Source of the DNA: an uncultured delta proteobacterium | GTDB taxonomy: Bacteria; Desulfobacterota; Desulfuromonadia; Desulfuromonadales; JACZKF01 | Reading direction: 5' to 3' | Assembly: GCA_963816395.1 (NCBI GenBank) | Contig: CAWFKQ010000005.1 | Coordinates: 320,001 to 384,000, forward strand | DNA length: 64,000 nt | Shown: positions 10,347-21,532 of the stretch, piece after piece | Numbering within the stretch: position 1 is the stretch's first letter | Layout: every line of letters starts with the position of its first letter | Notes under the pieces: generated by a model | Told to the model about the DNA's origin: nothing | The model's input: the letters and a program-made list of their open reading frames with translations, nothing else | Database searches by the model: none | Translations under genes and position numbers: made by a program

Positions 10347-10555
10347 GGGGACGCAGGGACGCGGTGCGCGGTACGCGAAGATCAAAAGAATTCTATGTCC
10401 CGCAAACCACATGCCGCATCCCTGATTTTAAGATTTCCGCGTACCGCGAACCGCGAACCGCACCCCGGATTTTAAGATTTCCGCGTCCCGCGTCCCACGA
10501 ACCGTGTCCCTGATTTTAAGCCTTCCGCGCCCCGCGTCCCGCGAACCGCGTTCCG
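10347..10555. repeat. Compound 7-mer hairpin with three 44-bp right-arm units
   Basis: GATTTTAAG at 10424, 10468 and 10512, each followed by four GCG(T/A)(A/C)CC-like heptamers. Confidence 0.85.
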
Positions 10556-10558
10556 GAC

Positions 10559-12104
10559 TTACCAATCAAACGTCATCCCCGCCCGGGCGAAGTGAAAATC
10601 CATTTCGTTCCCCTCGACGAAGCCGAAGTTCTTCGCCCGGTCGAAGGCGTAATCGAGTCGCAGGGAAACCTGGTCGGTAAGCAGCCAGTTCAAGCCCAGG
10701 CCGGGCTGATAATGCTTCTCCCGCACCGGCTGGTCGAACCCCCGTTCCTGGTAGTCGAAGAAGACCTTCGCCAGCAGGCCGTCGCCCAGCCAGGCGCCGA
10801 GCTCGCCGTAATAGTCTTTCGCCGCGCCGCCGGCGGGGTGGCCGAGGATCTTCCCCTCGTAGGTGTAACCGGAGCGGTAGATGCCGTGCCGGTACCAGGC
10901 GGGTGAGTTGTCGTCGATGTGGGAGAGGTCGGCGTACTCGGCGCGCAGGGAGAGCCGGCCGGTCGGCTCGAGGCGCGGCAGGTAGAGTCCGGCCAGCCAG
11001 GAGAGGTTGGAGAGGAAGTGCCCCGCCTCGTCCTCGCCGCCGTATTCCCCGTAGAGCTCCGCCCCGCCGAGGAACGGCAGGCGGATGCGGGCGTCGAGGG
11101 CGGCGATTTGATCGCTGTCGTCTTCATCGCCGGAAAGATTCTTGCCGCCGAGAATGGTGATGAAGTCGGAGAAATTGACGTCGGGCCGCCCTTCGCCGCC
11201 GAAGATCACGGTGCGCGAGCCGCCGATCTCCAGCCAGGGGAGCGGCTTGATGTTCAGCCGCAGGCCGGCCAGGTACGGCTCCGCAACGACCCGGTCCTTC
11301 TCCAGCTTGCTCCAGAAGACGTCGAAACGGAAAGGACCGAGATATTTCAGAAACCAGGGAAGGAGCACCGGCGAGGGGTTGGTGATCCGCACCATGTCCA
11401 GAGGCTGGGCGTTGTCGGTCAGAATCAGGCTGCCGTGCCGCCCCTGCCCCCACCAGAGGGACTGGCGGCCGGCGGAGATCTCGAAGGGGCCGAGGGCGAG
11501 GGCGGCCTTGCCGGTCAGCGCCGCAGGTGGACATTGTCGTCCTGCGTCCGCCTGCAGCAGCGGGCGGGCCAGTGAGGAGGAAAAAACGGCCGAAACGCGC
11601 CTCGCTGATGAAAGACGCCTGCCCGTTGTGATGCTCCTCGTAATCGAGGCCGAGGTTGTTGTAATTGAGGGGAAACTGGCGGGATTCGATGCCGGGGCCG
11701 GCGATGGCGGCGGGCACGCCCTCCTGATAAATGTAGTCGAGGCGGAACTCGCGCAGGGGCTGGAAATAGCCGCCCCCCTCCCCCCGGGCATCGGCGATAT
11801 CGGAGGTGAAGGCCGCCTCCAGCCGGCGGATGATCTGCCGCGCCACCGGCGGGGAAGCGGACAACCCAAGGTGGGACCGCGCCTCAGTAATCTGCCGGGC
11901 GACTTCGAGCCGGGTGTAGGGGCGGGAGCCCTGCAGGGAGGAATCGATCAGGCCGAGGCCGGCGAGTTTGTCCAGCGCGGGATAGACCCAGCTGTCGAGG
12001 GGAACGTTGGCGGAGGCCGGCAAGGCCAGGGAAGTGGCGGCGGGCAGGAAGAGGCAGAGGAAAAGGATTCCTCCCCAGATGTATTTTCGAAGTCCCCCTG
12101 CCAC
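10559..12104 (-). CDS. wzi: Capsule assembly Wzi family outer-membrane protein, frameshifted
   Basis: SANVPLDSWVYPALDKLAGLGLI, GRQSLWWGQGRHGSLILTDNAQP, YGEYGGEDEAG, WYRHGIYRSGYTY, C-terminal aromatic residue. Confidence 0.85.
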
Positions 12105-12396
12105 AAAAAATCCCTTCCTTAGAACTCGAATTTAATCAGAACAATATTCGGTTCAGGCCTGTTCTTATACAGCCGATGCATGGGTTAAACAACATAAAAT
12201 TTTTTAAAAAATATTGTGCGGCGCCCACTTAGCTGGAATGACGTTCGGCGGCGGGAAGTTACGGCAGAATGACGGATTTGGGATTCCATTAAATAATGGA
12301 CATTCATAATTTACGGTTTTGGCTGGAGGCTAAGCCTTTGCCGCTTCGATGCAAGAGCGACTCGAGAATTTAAAAACACATAAAAAAAATCATTCA

Positions 12397-13935
12397 CAAT
12401 GGAACGCGGATCAAATCTGATGCTTCGCATGCACGGATTAAGGTCTGATCTTAAATCGGATTTTTATCAGAGTCCCTTCCGCGTAAATCCGTGTTCCATT
12501 GCCCTTTATATCTTTAAAAGATCCCAACCAATTGAACGCGGATCAAATCTGATGCTTCGCATGCGCGATTAAGGTCTGATTTTAAATCGGATTTTTATCA
12601 GAGCCTTTTCGCGTAAATCCGTGTTCCATTGCTCTTGACGTCTGAAAAATCCAACCAATTGAACGCGGATCAAATCTGATGCTCGAACGCATTAATCTGA
12701 AGCATTGATCGAATTTTACGAGCTTTTCCGGAATCGTGTTCTTTGCCTTTGACGTCCTTAAGGTAATTCAATAGCTGCGCTTCATGTTCGACAGTGAGAG
12801 TTTTGGCTGCCTTAATTTCTACAATTATCTTATCTTCCACCAAAACGTCGGCGAAGTATTCGCCAACCGTTATCTCCTTCATAGAAGACTGAAATTGGGT
12901 GCTGGGAGACAGCTGCTCAATCCAGTTTTTTTGAGCTCGATCAATAAGGCATTCTGATAGACTTTTTCAAGGAACCCTGAGCCAAGGCGATTATAGACAT
13001 TGTAAAAACAGCAAATCACTTGATCAGAAATCTCTTTATGTCTGATGTCCATTCCCTCCCCCTCCCTTGCACTTTAATCTCTAAAAATCCCAACCAATTG
13101 AACGCGGATCAAATCTGATGCTTCGCATGCGCGGATTAAGATCTGATCTTAAAAAATCGGATTTTTATCAGAGCCTTTTCCGCGTAAATCCGTGTTCCAT
13201 TGCTCTTGAAGTCTTTGAAACCTAACAATTGAACGCGGATCAAATCTGATGCTTCGCATGCACGGATTAAGGTCTGATCTTAAATCGGATTTTTATCAGA
13301 GACTTTTCCGCGTAAATCCGTGTCCCATTGCACTTGACGTCTTTAAAACACCTAACCAATTGAACGCGGATCAAATCTGATGCTCGCATCGGGATTAAGG
13401 TCTGATCTTAAAATCAGATTTTCATCAGAGCCTTTTCCGCGTAAATCCGTGTTCCATTGCTTTGACATCTTTGAAAAAGCCCCAACCAATTGAACGCGGA
13501 CTCAAAATCTGCAATACGCGTAATCTGCATGCGCACGGATTAAGGTCTGATCTTTAAATCGGATTTTTATCAGAGCCTTTTCCGCGTGAATCCGTGTTCC
13601 ATTGCCTTTGATATCTTCGAAAGATCCCTAACCAATGGAACGCGGATCAAATCTGATGCTTCGCATACGCGGATTAAGGTCTGATCTTAAATCAGATTTT
13701 TATCAGAGCCTTTTCCGCGTGAATCCGTGTTCCATTGCCTTTGATATCTTCGAAAGAATGCCCTAACCAATGGAACGCGGATCAAATCTGATGCGCACAT
13801 GTTCCATTGCTTTTGATGTCTTCGAAAAATCCGATAACCAATTGAACGCGGATCAAATCTGATACGCACGGATTAAGGTCTGATCTTAAATCAGATTTTT
13901 ATCAGAGCCTTTTCTGCGTAAATCCGTGTTCCGTT
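12397..13935. repeat. Array of 10 ~130-bp palindromic repeat units interrupted by a GxxExxY gene
   Basis: Unit CAAT(T/G)GAACGCGGATCAAATCTGATGCTTCGCATGCACGGATTAAGGTCTGATCTTAAATCGGATTTTTATCAGAGCCTTTTCCGCGTAAATCCGTGTTCCATTG starts at 12397, 12529, 12656 (degenerate), 13095, 13226, 13357, 13487, 13633, 13768 (internally deleted) and 13839. Confidence 0.95.
12670..13052 (-). CDS. GxxExxY protein (PD-(D/E)XK nuclease superfamily), two frameshifts, C-terminus fused to array
   Basis: Manual translation from ATG 13052: MDIRHKEISDQVICCFYNVYNRLGSGFLEKVYQNALLIELKKTGL / AVSQHPISVFYE / EITVGEYFADVLVEDKIIVEIKAAKTLTVEHEAQLLNYLK. GFLEKVY is the GxxExxY motif; D..EIK is the catalytic motif. Confidence 0.9.
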
Positions 13936-13941
13936 AAGGAT

Positions 13942-15864
13942 TTAAAGCGACCCGTCCGGCAGTTCCCCCCTGCACTCCTCGCCGAGGATCTTCCGGACGA
14001 TCTCCTCGGCGAGGTCGGCGGCGGGGGTCTGGCCGGCGTTGATGGTGATCTCGGGGGCTTCCGGCGGCTCGTAGGCGGAGTCGATGCCGGTGAAGTTCTT
14101 CAGCTGGCCGGCCCTTGCCTTCTTGTAAAGCCCCTTCGGGTCGCGCTGCTCGCAGATGGCCAGCGGGGTGTCGACGAAGATTTCGTAGAATTCCCCCTCG
14201 GGCAGCAGCTCGCGCGCCATGCGCCGCTCGCTGCGGAAGGGGGAGATGAAGGAGACCAGGACAATCAGCCCGGCCTCGACGAAGAGGCGGGAGACTTCGG
14301 CGATGCGGCGGATGTTCTCCACCCGGTCGGCGTCGGTGAAGCCGAGGTCGCGGTTCAGGCCGTGGCGGACGTTGTCCCCGTCGAGGATGTAGGTGTGCCT
14401 GCCGAGGGAGTGCAGCTTCTTCTCGACCAGGTTGGCGATGGTCGACTTGCCGGCGCCGGAGAGGCCGGTGAACCACAGCACGCAGGGCTTCTGCCCCTTG
14501 TGGGCGGCGCGGCTTTCCTTGTGCACGTCGAGGGCCTGCCAGTGGATGTTGGTCGCCCGGCGCAGGGGGAAGTCGATCATCCCGGCGCCGACGGTGGCGT
14601 TGCTGAAGCGGTCGATGAGGATGAAGCTGCCGGTGGCCGGGTTCTCCCGGTAGGGATCGAAGGAGACCGCCTTGCCCAGGGCGAGGTTGCAGACGCCGAT
14701 CTCGTTGAGTTCGAGGGTCTTGGCCGCCTGGTGCTCGAGGGTGTTGACGTTGACCCGGTACTTGAGATCGCTGACCTGGGCCGAGACGGTGGTGGTGCCG
14801 GTCTTGAGCAGGTAGCTGCGCCCGGGCAGCAGCGGCTCCTCGTGCATCCAGACGACTTTGGCCTCGAACTGGTCGGCATGCGCCGGCCGCGCCGCCGGGT
14901 CGGCCAGCAGGTCGCCGCGGCTGATGTCGATCTCGTCCGTCAGCGTCAGGGTGACCGCCTGGCCGGCCACCGCCTCCGGCAGGTCGCCGTCCAGGGTGAC
15001 GATCCTCGCGACCCGGCTCGTCTGCCCCGAGGCCGGCACGACGATCTCATCGCCGACGCGGATCGTCCCCGAGGCGATGGTGCCGGCGAAGCCGCGGAAG
15101 TCGAGATTGGGCCGGTTGACCCACTGCACGGGCATGCGGAAGGGCTTCTCCCGCATCTCCTCGGCGACCTCGACACTCTCCAGGTAGTCCATCAGGGTCG
15201 GCCCCTGGTACCAGGGCATATTGTCGCCGTGGCCGATGATATTGTCCCCCTGCAGGGCGGAGAGGGGGATGGCGGCGATCTCTTCGAACCCCAGGGCGGC
15301 GGCGAAGGCTGCGTACTCCCGGCGGATCTGCTCGAAGCGCTCGGCAGCGTAGCCGACCAGGTCCATCTTGTTGACCGCCAGCACCACCTTTTTGATCCCC
15401 ACCAGCGAGACCAGGTAGCTGTGGCGCCGGGTCTGGGTCAGAACCCCCTTGCGGGCGTCGATGAGGATGACCGCCACCTGCGCGGTGGAGGCGCCGGTGA
15501 CCATGTTGCGGGTGTACTGCTCGTGGCCGGGGGTGTCGGCGACGATGAACTTGCGCTTGTCGGTGGAGAAGAAGCGGTAGGCGACGTCGATGGTGATCCC
15601 CTGCTCGCGCTCGGCCTGCAGCCCGTCGAGCAGCAGGGCGTAATCGATGGCCTCCCCTTGCGTGCCGCAGCGCTTGCTGTCGGCTTCCAGCGCCGCCAGC
15701 TGGTCCTCGAAGATCATCTTCGAATCCCACAACAGCCGCCCGATCAGGGTGCTCTTGCCGTCATCGACGCTGCCGCAGGTGATGAAGCGCAGCATCGACT
15801 TTTCTTCCTGCGATTTCAGGTAGGCGTGGATGTCGGAGGCTATGAGTTCGGATTGGTGGGACAT
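13942..15864 (-). CDS. cysNC: Bifunctional sulfate adenylyltransferase subunit 1 / APS kinase, copy 2 (intact)
   Basis: Uninterrupted ORF from [11 protein letters not shown] with GTPase motifs and a C-terminal APS kinase ([23 protein letters not shown]). Confidence 0.95.
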   Translation of the reverse strand: MSHQSELIASDIHAYLKSQEEKSMLRFITCGSVDDGKSTLIGRLLWDSKMIFEDQLAALEADSKRCGTQGEAIDYALLLDGLQAEREQGITIDVAYRFFSTDKRKFIVADTPGHEQYTRNMVTGASTAQVAVILIDARKGVLTQTRRHSYLVSLVGIKKVVLAVNKMDLVGYAAERFEQIRREYAAFAAALGFEEIAAIPLSALQGDNIIGHGDNMPWYQGPTLMDYLESVEVAEEMREKPFRMPVQWVNRPNLDFRGFAGTIASGTIRVGDEIVVPASGQTSRVARIVTLDGDLPEAVAGQAVTLTLTDEIDISRGDLLADPAARPAHADQFEAKVVWMHEEPLLPGRSYLLKTGTTTVSAQVSDLKYRVNVNTLEHQAAKTLELNEIGVCNLALGKAVSFDPYRENPATGSFILIDRFSNATVGAGMIDFPLRRATNIHWQALDVHKESRAAHKGQKPCVLWFTGLSGAGKSTIANLVEKKLHSLGRHTYILDGDNVRHGLNRDLGFTDADRVENIRRIAEVSRLFVEAGLIVLVSFISPFRSERRMARELLPEGEFYEIFVDTPLAICEQRDPKGLYKKARAGQLKNFTGIDSAYEPPEAPEITINAGQTPAADLAEEIVRKILGEECRGELPDGSL

Positions 15865-15877
15865 TGAAAAACTCCGT

Positions 15878-15983
15878 TTCGCGGTACGCGGTTCGCGGGA
15901 CGCGAAGGTCAAAAGCGGCAATCAAAGGCGCGGGACGCGAAAGGGTTTTGACTTCCTCGTACCGCGTCCCTCGTACCGCGCCC
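15878..15983. repeat. 7-mer hairpin element between cysD and cysNC copy 2
   Basis: GGTACGC GGTTCGC GGGACGC GAAGGTCAAAAGC ... TTTTGACTT ... TCGTACC GCGTCCC TCGTACC. Confidence 0.85.
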
Positions 15984-15990
15984 CTGCTTT

Positions 15991-16898
15991 TCAGAAATAC
16001 CCTTCCTGTTTCTTCTTCTCCATGCTCCCCGCCTGATCGTGGTCGATCAGCCGTCCCTGGCGCTCGCTGGTGCGGGTGAGCAGCATCTCCTGGATGATCT
16101 CCGGCAGGGTGGCGGCGGTCGATTCGACGGCGGCGGTCAGCGGGTAGCAGCCGAGGGTGCGAAAGCGCACCGATTTCATACTGCACCTGCTCGCCGGGCT
16201 TGAGCTGGAGCCGCTCGTCGTCGACCAGGATCAGCATGCCGTCGCGCTCGACCACCGGCCGCACCTTGGCGTAGTAGAGCGGCACGATGGGGATCTGCTC
16301 GCGGGTGATGTACTGCCAGATGTCGAGCTCGGTCCAGTTGGACAGGGGAAAGGCGCGGATGCTCTCGCCGGGCTTGACCCGGGCGTTGTACAGGTTCCAC
16401 AGCTCGGGGCGCTGGCTCTTGGGGTCCCAGCGGTGGCTGGCGGTGCGGAAGGAGAAGATGCGCTCCTTGGCCCGGCTCTTCTCCTCGTCGCGGCGCGCCC
16501 CGCCGAAGGCGGCGTCGAACTTGTACTTGTCCAGCGCCTGCTTGAGCCCCTCGGTCTTCATCACGTCGGTGTACAGGGCGCTGCCGTGGGTGAAGGGGTC
16601 GATCCCCTGGCGCACCCCTTCCTGGTTGGTGTGCAGCAAGCAGCTCGAAGCCGTGCTCGCGCGCCATGCGGTCGCGGAATTCAATCATCTCCCGGAACTT
16701 CCAGGTGGTGTCGACGTGCAGCAGGGGAAAGGGGATCTTCCCCGGGTAGAAGGCCTTGCGCGCCAGGTGCAGCATGACCGAGGAGTCCTTGCCGATGGAG
16801 TAGAGCATCACCGGCTTTTCGAACTCGGCGGCCACCTCGCGCAGGATGTGGATGCTTTCGGCCTCGAGCTGGCGCAGGTGGGTCAGGGTTTTCGGCAT
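15991..16898 (-). CDS. cysD: Sulfate adenylyltransferase subunit 2, copy 2, frameshifted
   Basis: [15 protein letters not shown]..., [23 protein letters not shown]. Confidence 0.93.
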
Positions 16899-16920
16899 AA
16901 GTTCACTTTCTGTTTGAAAT

Positions 16921-16988
16921 CCGGGACGCGGTACGCGGTGCGCGGTACGCGGAAAGCCTTTGAACTTCGCATCCCGCGTCCGCCGCGG
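16921..16988. repeat. 7-mer hairpin element
   Basis: GGGACGC GGTACGC GGTGCGC GGTACGC GGAAAGCCTTTGAACTT CGCATCCC GCGTCC. Confidence 0.8.
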
Positions 16989-16995
16989 TTTTCCC

Positions 16996-18768
16996 CTAAA
17001 ACTTCCACACCAACGGGATCACTACCAGCGAAACTACCATAAAAAGGATGTTCAGAGGAATACCGATGCGCAGAAAATCCCGGAAGCGGTAGCCGCCGGG
17101 ACCGTAGACCATGAGATTGGTCTGGTAGCCGATGGGGGTGGAGAAGCTGGCCGAGGCGGCGATCGCCACCGCCACGGCGAAGGGTTTGGGATCGAGGCCG
17201 GCCTGCGCGGCGGCGGCCACCGCGATGGGGAAGACCAGGGCGGCGGCGGCGTTGTTGGTGATGACCTCGGTCAGGATGGTGGTGACCAGATAGACGGCCG
17301 CCAGCAGCCCGACCGGCCCCACCCCGCGCACGATCTCGATGAGATGCCCGGCGATGAAGGCCGCGGCGCCCGTTTTCTCCAGCGCCCGGCTGATACCGAG
17401 GGAAGCGGCGATGACGATGAGCACATTCAGCTCGAGCGAGCGCCGCGCTTCAACCACGGTCACCGTGCGGGTGAAGAGGAGCACCAGCGCCGCCAGGATG
17501 GCGGCTTCCAGGATATCCAGGACGCCCGTCGCCGCCAGCCCCACCATGAGGAGGATCGAGAGCAGGGAGATCACGGATTTCCGGCGATTGACCAGCGGCA
17601 CGTCGCTGACCTTGGAGATCATGTAGAAATCGCGCGACCGCCCCCAGCGCTTGAGGAAATCGTCCCCGGCCAGAAGCAGGAGGGTGTCGCCCGGATGCAG
17701 CTGCAGCTGGCCGATCGGCGTCCGCAGCCGCTCGCCATGCCGGTGCACCGCCAGCACGACGGCATCGTACTGGCCCCGGAAGTTGCCCTCCTTGATGGTT
17801 TTTCCCAGCATGGGGAAAGAGCGCGAGACGACCGCTTCGATGACCCGTCCCTTGCCGCTGCGGCGCAGCTCCCGGTAGAAGTGGCGGCCGTGGCCGGGTT
17901 CCAGGCCCGGGATCTTCTGCAGCTGGAGGATCGCTTCCACCAGCCCGCTGAACACCAGGCGGTCGCCGGCATGCAGGGGATCGGTCGGCCGGACCGGGAT
18001 CAGGCTGTCGCCGTTGCGCACGATCTCGCCCAGAAACAACTTGTCGAGATTACGCAGGCCGGCCGCCTCGACCGTTTTCCCCGCCAGCGGGCTGCCGTCG
18101 GGAACCCGCATCTCGATCAGGTATTCGCGGCCGCTCTCTACCAGCGTTTCCGCCAGGTCTTTCCTGGCCGGCAGCAGCCGGTGCCCCCAGAAGAGCAGGT
18201 ACAGGGTCCCCGCCACGGCGCAGGGCAGACCGACGTAGGCCAGCTCGAACATGCTGAAGGAAAGCCCGAGGGGCTGCAACAGGCCGTTCACGACCAGATT
18301 GGTGGAGGTGCCGATCAGGGTGCAGACACCGCCGAAAATGGAGGCATACGACAGCGGGATGAGGAATTTGGAGGGGGAGAACCCCTTCTTCAGCGCCCAC
18401 TCGCGGAGGGTCGGGGTGAACATGGCGACGATCGGGGTGTTGTTGAGGAAGGCGGACAGGCCAATGACGGGAGCCATCATCTTCAGCAGGCTGCGGCGCA
18501 ACCCCCGGCCGTCGCCCATCGCCCGGTTGGCCAGCATCTCCAGGATTCCGGAGGACTGGGCGGCATAGGCAACGATAAAGAGGATGCCGACCGTCAGCAT
18601 CCCCTGGTTGGAGAATCCGCCCAGCGCCTCCTGCGGCTGGAGGATGCCGCCGATCATCAGAATCCCCAGGGCGGCGAAGACGATGACATCGGGCGCCAGG
18701 ATCTCGGCCACCAGGGCGGCGAGCATCAGGCCGACGATGATCAGGGTGAAGATTGCATCGAATGACAT
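16996..18768 (-). CDS. SLC13/CitMHS-type permease with TrkA-C domains (probable sulfate transporter)
   Basis: [43 protein letters not shown]; directly upstream of cysD. Confidence 0.88.
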   Translation of the reverse strand: MSFDAIFTLIIVGLMLAALVAEILAPDVIVFAALGILMIGGILQPQEALGGFSNQGMLTVGILFIVAYAAQSSGILEMLANRAMGDGRGLRRSLLKMMAPVIGLSAFLNNTPIVAMFTPTLREWALKKGFSPSKFLIPLSYASIFGGVCTLIGTSTNLVVNGLLQPLGLSFSMFELAYVGLPCAVAGTLYLLFWGHRLLPARKDLAETLVESGREYLIEMRVPDGSPLAGKTVEAAGLRNLDKLFLGEIVRNGDSLIPVRPTDPLHAGDRLVFSGLVEAILQLQKIPGLEPGHGRHFYRELRRSGKGRVIEAVVSRSFPMLGKTIKEGNFRGQYDAVVLAVHRHGERLRTPIGQLQLHPGDTLLLLAGDDFLKRWGRSRDFYMISKVSDVPLVNRRKSVISLLSILLMVGLAATGVLDILEAAILAALVLLFTRTVTVVEARRSLELNVLIVIAASLGISRALEKTGAAAFIAGHLIEIVRGVGPVGLLAAVYLVTTILTEVITNNAAAALVFPIAVAAAAQAGLDPKPFAVAVAIAASASFSTPIGYQTNLMVYGPGGYRFRDFLRIGIPLNILFMVVSLVVIPLVWKF

Positions 18769-18778
18769 GGCAAAAAAC

Positions 18779-18986
18779 CCGGGACGCGGCTTGCGGTTCG
18801 CGGTTCGCGGAAAGCTTAAGGGCCGGGACGCGGCTTGCGGTTCGCGGTTCGCGGAAAGCTTAAGGGCCGGGACGCGGCTTGCGGTTCGCGGTTCGCGGAA
18901 AGCTTAAGGGCCGGGAGGCGGTTTGCGGTTTGCGGTTCGCGGAAAGCTTTTGACCTTCGCGGCCCGCGTCCCGCGCACCGCGTTCC
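18779..18986. repeat. Three identical 44-bp units followed by a complete 7-mer hairpin
   Basis: CCGGGACGCGGCTTGCGGTTCGCGGTTCGCGGAAAGCTTAAGGG at 18779, 18823 and 18867; a fourth variant at 18911 continues into GCTTTTGACCTT and the right arm. Confidence 0.95.
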
Positions 18987-18995
18987 GATTTTTAT

Positions 18996-19343
18996 CTATC
19001 CCGGCGGCCAGCCCATTTCCCGGCCGCCGAGGAGGTGAAAGTGCAGATGCCAGACGGCCTGTCCGCCTCCCTCGTTGCAGTTGTTGACCACCCGGAAGCC
19101 TTCGGCGGCGAAGTCGAGATCGTGCGCCAGCTTGCCGGCGACCTGGAAAATGTGGCCGACCAGGGCGTTGTCGGCGGTGGTCAGGTCGAGGGTGGTGCGG
19201 ATGTGCTTGCGGGGGATGAGCAGGTAATGGTGCGGGGCCTGCGGGTTGACATCCTCCAGGGCCACCACCTGATCGTCCTCATAGACGACCCGGGCCGGGA
19301 TCTCCCCGTTCAGAATTTTACAAAAGATACAGCTGTCCGGCAT
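18996..19343 (-). CDS. Histidine triad nucleotide-binding (HIT/Hint) protein
   Basis: SCIFCKILNGEIP...GQAVWHLHFHLLGGR. Confidence 0.93.
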   Translation of the reverse strand: MPDSCIFCKILNGEIPARVVYEDDQVVALEDVNPQAPHHYLLIPRKHIRTTLDLTTADNALVGHIFQVAGKLAHDLDFAAEGFRVVNNCNEGGGQAVWHLHFHLLGGREMGWPPG

Positions 19344-21532
19344 CTTCGCTCCTTTCTTCCGCCTTGGCGGACGCTCCGCTTCTGACCTCTTCCAGGGGGA
19401 CCACATGCCAGCGGTCGCGGGCCGCCCGCCGGGCCAGGTTCTCGTCGTGGGTGAAGAGGATGATCTGATGCTCCGCACCGAGCCGCTCCAGGGCCTTGAG
19501 GGTCTCCGCCAGCCGCAGCCGGTCCAGGTTGACCAGGGGATCGTCGAGGAAGAGCGGCAGATGCCGTCCCTGCGACAGGTGCCGGGTCAGGGCCAGGCGC
19601 ACCGCCAGATAGATTCCGTCCACCGTGCCGCGACTGAAATGCTCGGCCGGCTGCCAGCCTCCGGCCCGGGTCGGCAACTGCAGGGAGAAATCCTCGCCCA
19701 GGCGGATGCCGTCGTAACGGCCGTGCGTGGTCATCTGCAGATAATGGCCGATTTCGGCGGCGAAGTGGTCCAGGTAGGTCCGGCGGAACTCGTCCACCGC
19801 CCCGGCGAGCAGATCGAAGGCGACGGCCAGGGCATCCTTGCGCCGGACCAGGCGCTCCTCCCTCTCCTTGAGCCGCTCCCCCTCCTCCTCGATTTCCTCC
19901 AGGTGCCCCAACTCTCCCTGCAGAGCCGCTTCCTGCCGGGTGAGCTCGAGCAGCGTCTGCTCCCGCTGACGCAGACTCTCGCCGAGAGCCGCCAGCTTCT
20001 CTTCGGCCTCCGGCAGTGCCTCGGGGGGGAGCAGGTTGGCTACGGGGGGACGGTCCCGCTCGCGCCGCTCATCCAGCACCGCCAGCTCGCGGGTCAACTG
20101 CGCCTTCTCGCCGGAGAGCTCCGCCGATTTCTCCAGTACCTGCAGGGCGCTCGCCACCTCCCGCAGGCGCGCCGAAAGCTCCCGATGCCGGCCGAGATTC
20201 TTCTGCATCCGGGCGATTTCCACCGCCGACGGGGAGATGCCCAGACGCTTGAAACGTTCGTCCAGCGCCGCCAGGCGCGCCTGCGCCTCCTCCCGGCGAT
20301 TCTCCAGCACCTGCGCCCGGCCCTGGATCCGCCCGCGCTCGCTCCCCGCCTGGAAGACCCGCCAGAGATGCACCCCCCAGACGCCGGCAGCCACCGCCCC
20401 GGCGCCGGCGAGAGACCGACAGCAGCCAGGCGGGACGCAGCCAGGCGAGCAGGCCGCCGGCCAGGAGCAGGGCGGCGGTAAGTCCCGCCCACGGCTTCCA
20501 GGAGGGATTGGCGTGCGCCAGCAGTTCCTGGCGCATGGCCGCCGCCTCCCCCTGCAGACCGATCAGCTCTTTGCGGATCTCTTCGGCCTCCACCAGCAGC
20601 GCCGTCAGTTCCTCGGGCACCTGCCGGGGCAGGCCGGTGCGGGCCAGTTCCTTCTCCAGGTCCTGCCGCTGCTGTTCCAGTTCCCCCACCTTCTCCGACT
20701 GGCGGTTGACCCGGGAGAAGTCCTTGGCCAGAGATTCCTTCTTCTCCTCCAGATGCCATTGCCGGCGCACCCAGGCGAGGTAGCGCTCGCCCTTGCCGAA
20801 TTCGCCCCGGTCGGCCTCGATCTCCTGCTGCAGGCCGGCGATCCGGGCGCGCAGCGCTGCCAGCTCCTGCACCCCTTCCCGGGCGGCAAACCAGCGCCGC
20901 TCCAGCTCGCCCATGCGCCGGCGGACCTCGTCGAGTTCACGGTCGCGCGTCTTGTCCTTCCCCCAGGGGTTCTCCCGGGTGAGGGCGAAATAGTCTTCCT
21001 GCAGCGACTGCAGGACCCGGTCGTAATCGACCTCGATGAAGCCGGAAAGGAGAGCCTTGATCTTCCCCGCCAGCCCCTGCCCGGAGATCTCCAGGCTCCC
21101 CTGGCCGAAGAAGAGGGAAGCGCGGAAGATCTCCTCCTCGGTGATGCCGAGCAGCCGCTGCAGCTGTTCGAGGTACTCGCTGCGTTCCGAGGAGCGCCCC
21201 TGGGGGGCGGCCTTTCCCTCGAAAGTATACAGGGTCTGGTAAAGGTCGTCGTGCTCGCTCAGACGCACCCGGTCGGTCAGGATATCCCGCTCCAGGCGGA
21301 CGGTTCCCCCCGGTTTTTCCAGGACGAGAGCCGCCTCGCAGCTCCCCTGCCGGCCCCAGGGCCGGAAACGCTCCTTGTTGCGGGAGCCGAAGAGGACCGC
21401 CGGGATCGCCTCCATCAGGGTCGACTTGCCGGCCTCGTTGGGACCGAGAACCAGGTTCATCCCCCGGCGGAACTCGAGGGTCCGCTCGGCGAAGCGGCCG
21501 AAGTGCCGCAGCTCCAGGGTGCGCAGAATCAT
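19318..21532 (-). CDS. SMC/Rad50-like AAA ATPase (YhaN-like), frameshift near 20400
   Basis: Walker A GPNEAGKST, long coiled coil with a central hydrophobic stretch, FSRGT signature, LFLDDPLVNLD Walker B, ILFTH. Confidence 0.85.

Noticed and set aside
12200..12360. Cyclic-dinucleotide riboswitch or ops/JUMPstart element upstream of wzi
   Set aside because: Only a GGCAAA fragment is visible; no convincing GEMM P2/P3 structure or GGCGGTAG motif.
12397..13935. CRISPR array
   Set aside because: Repeats are ~105 bp, the linkers are variants of one sequence rather than unique spacers, and no cas genes are present.
12397..13935. Integron attC cluster (CCYAAC before each unit)
   Set aside because: No matching GTTRRRY at unit ends, no ORFs between most units, and no integron integrase in the window.
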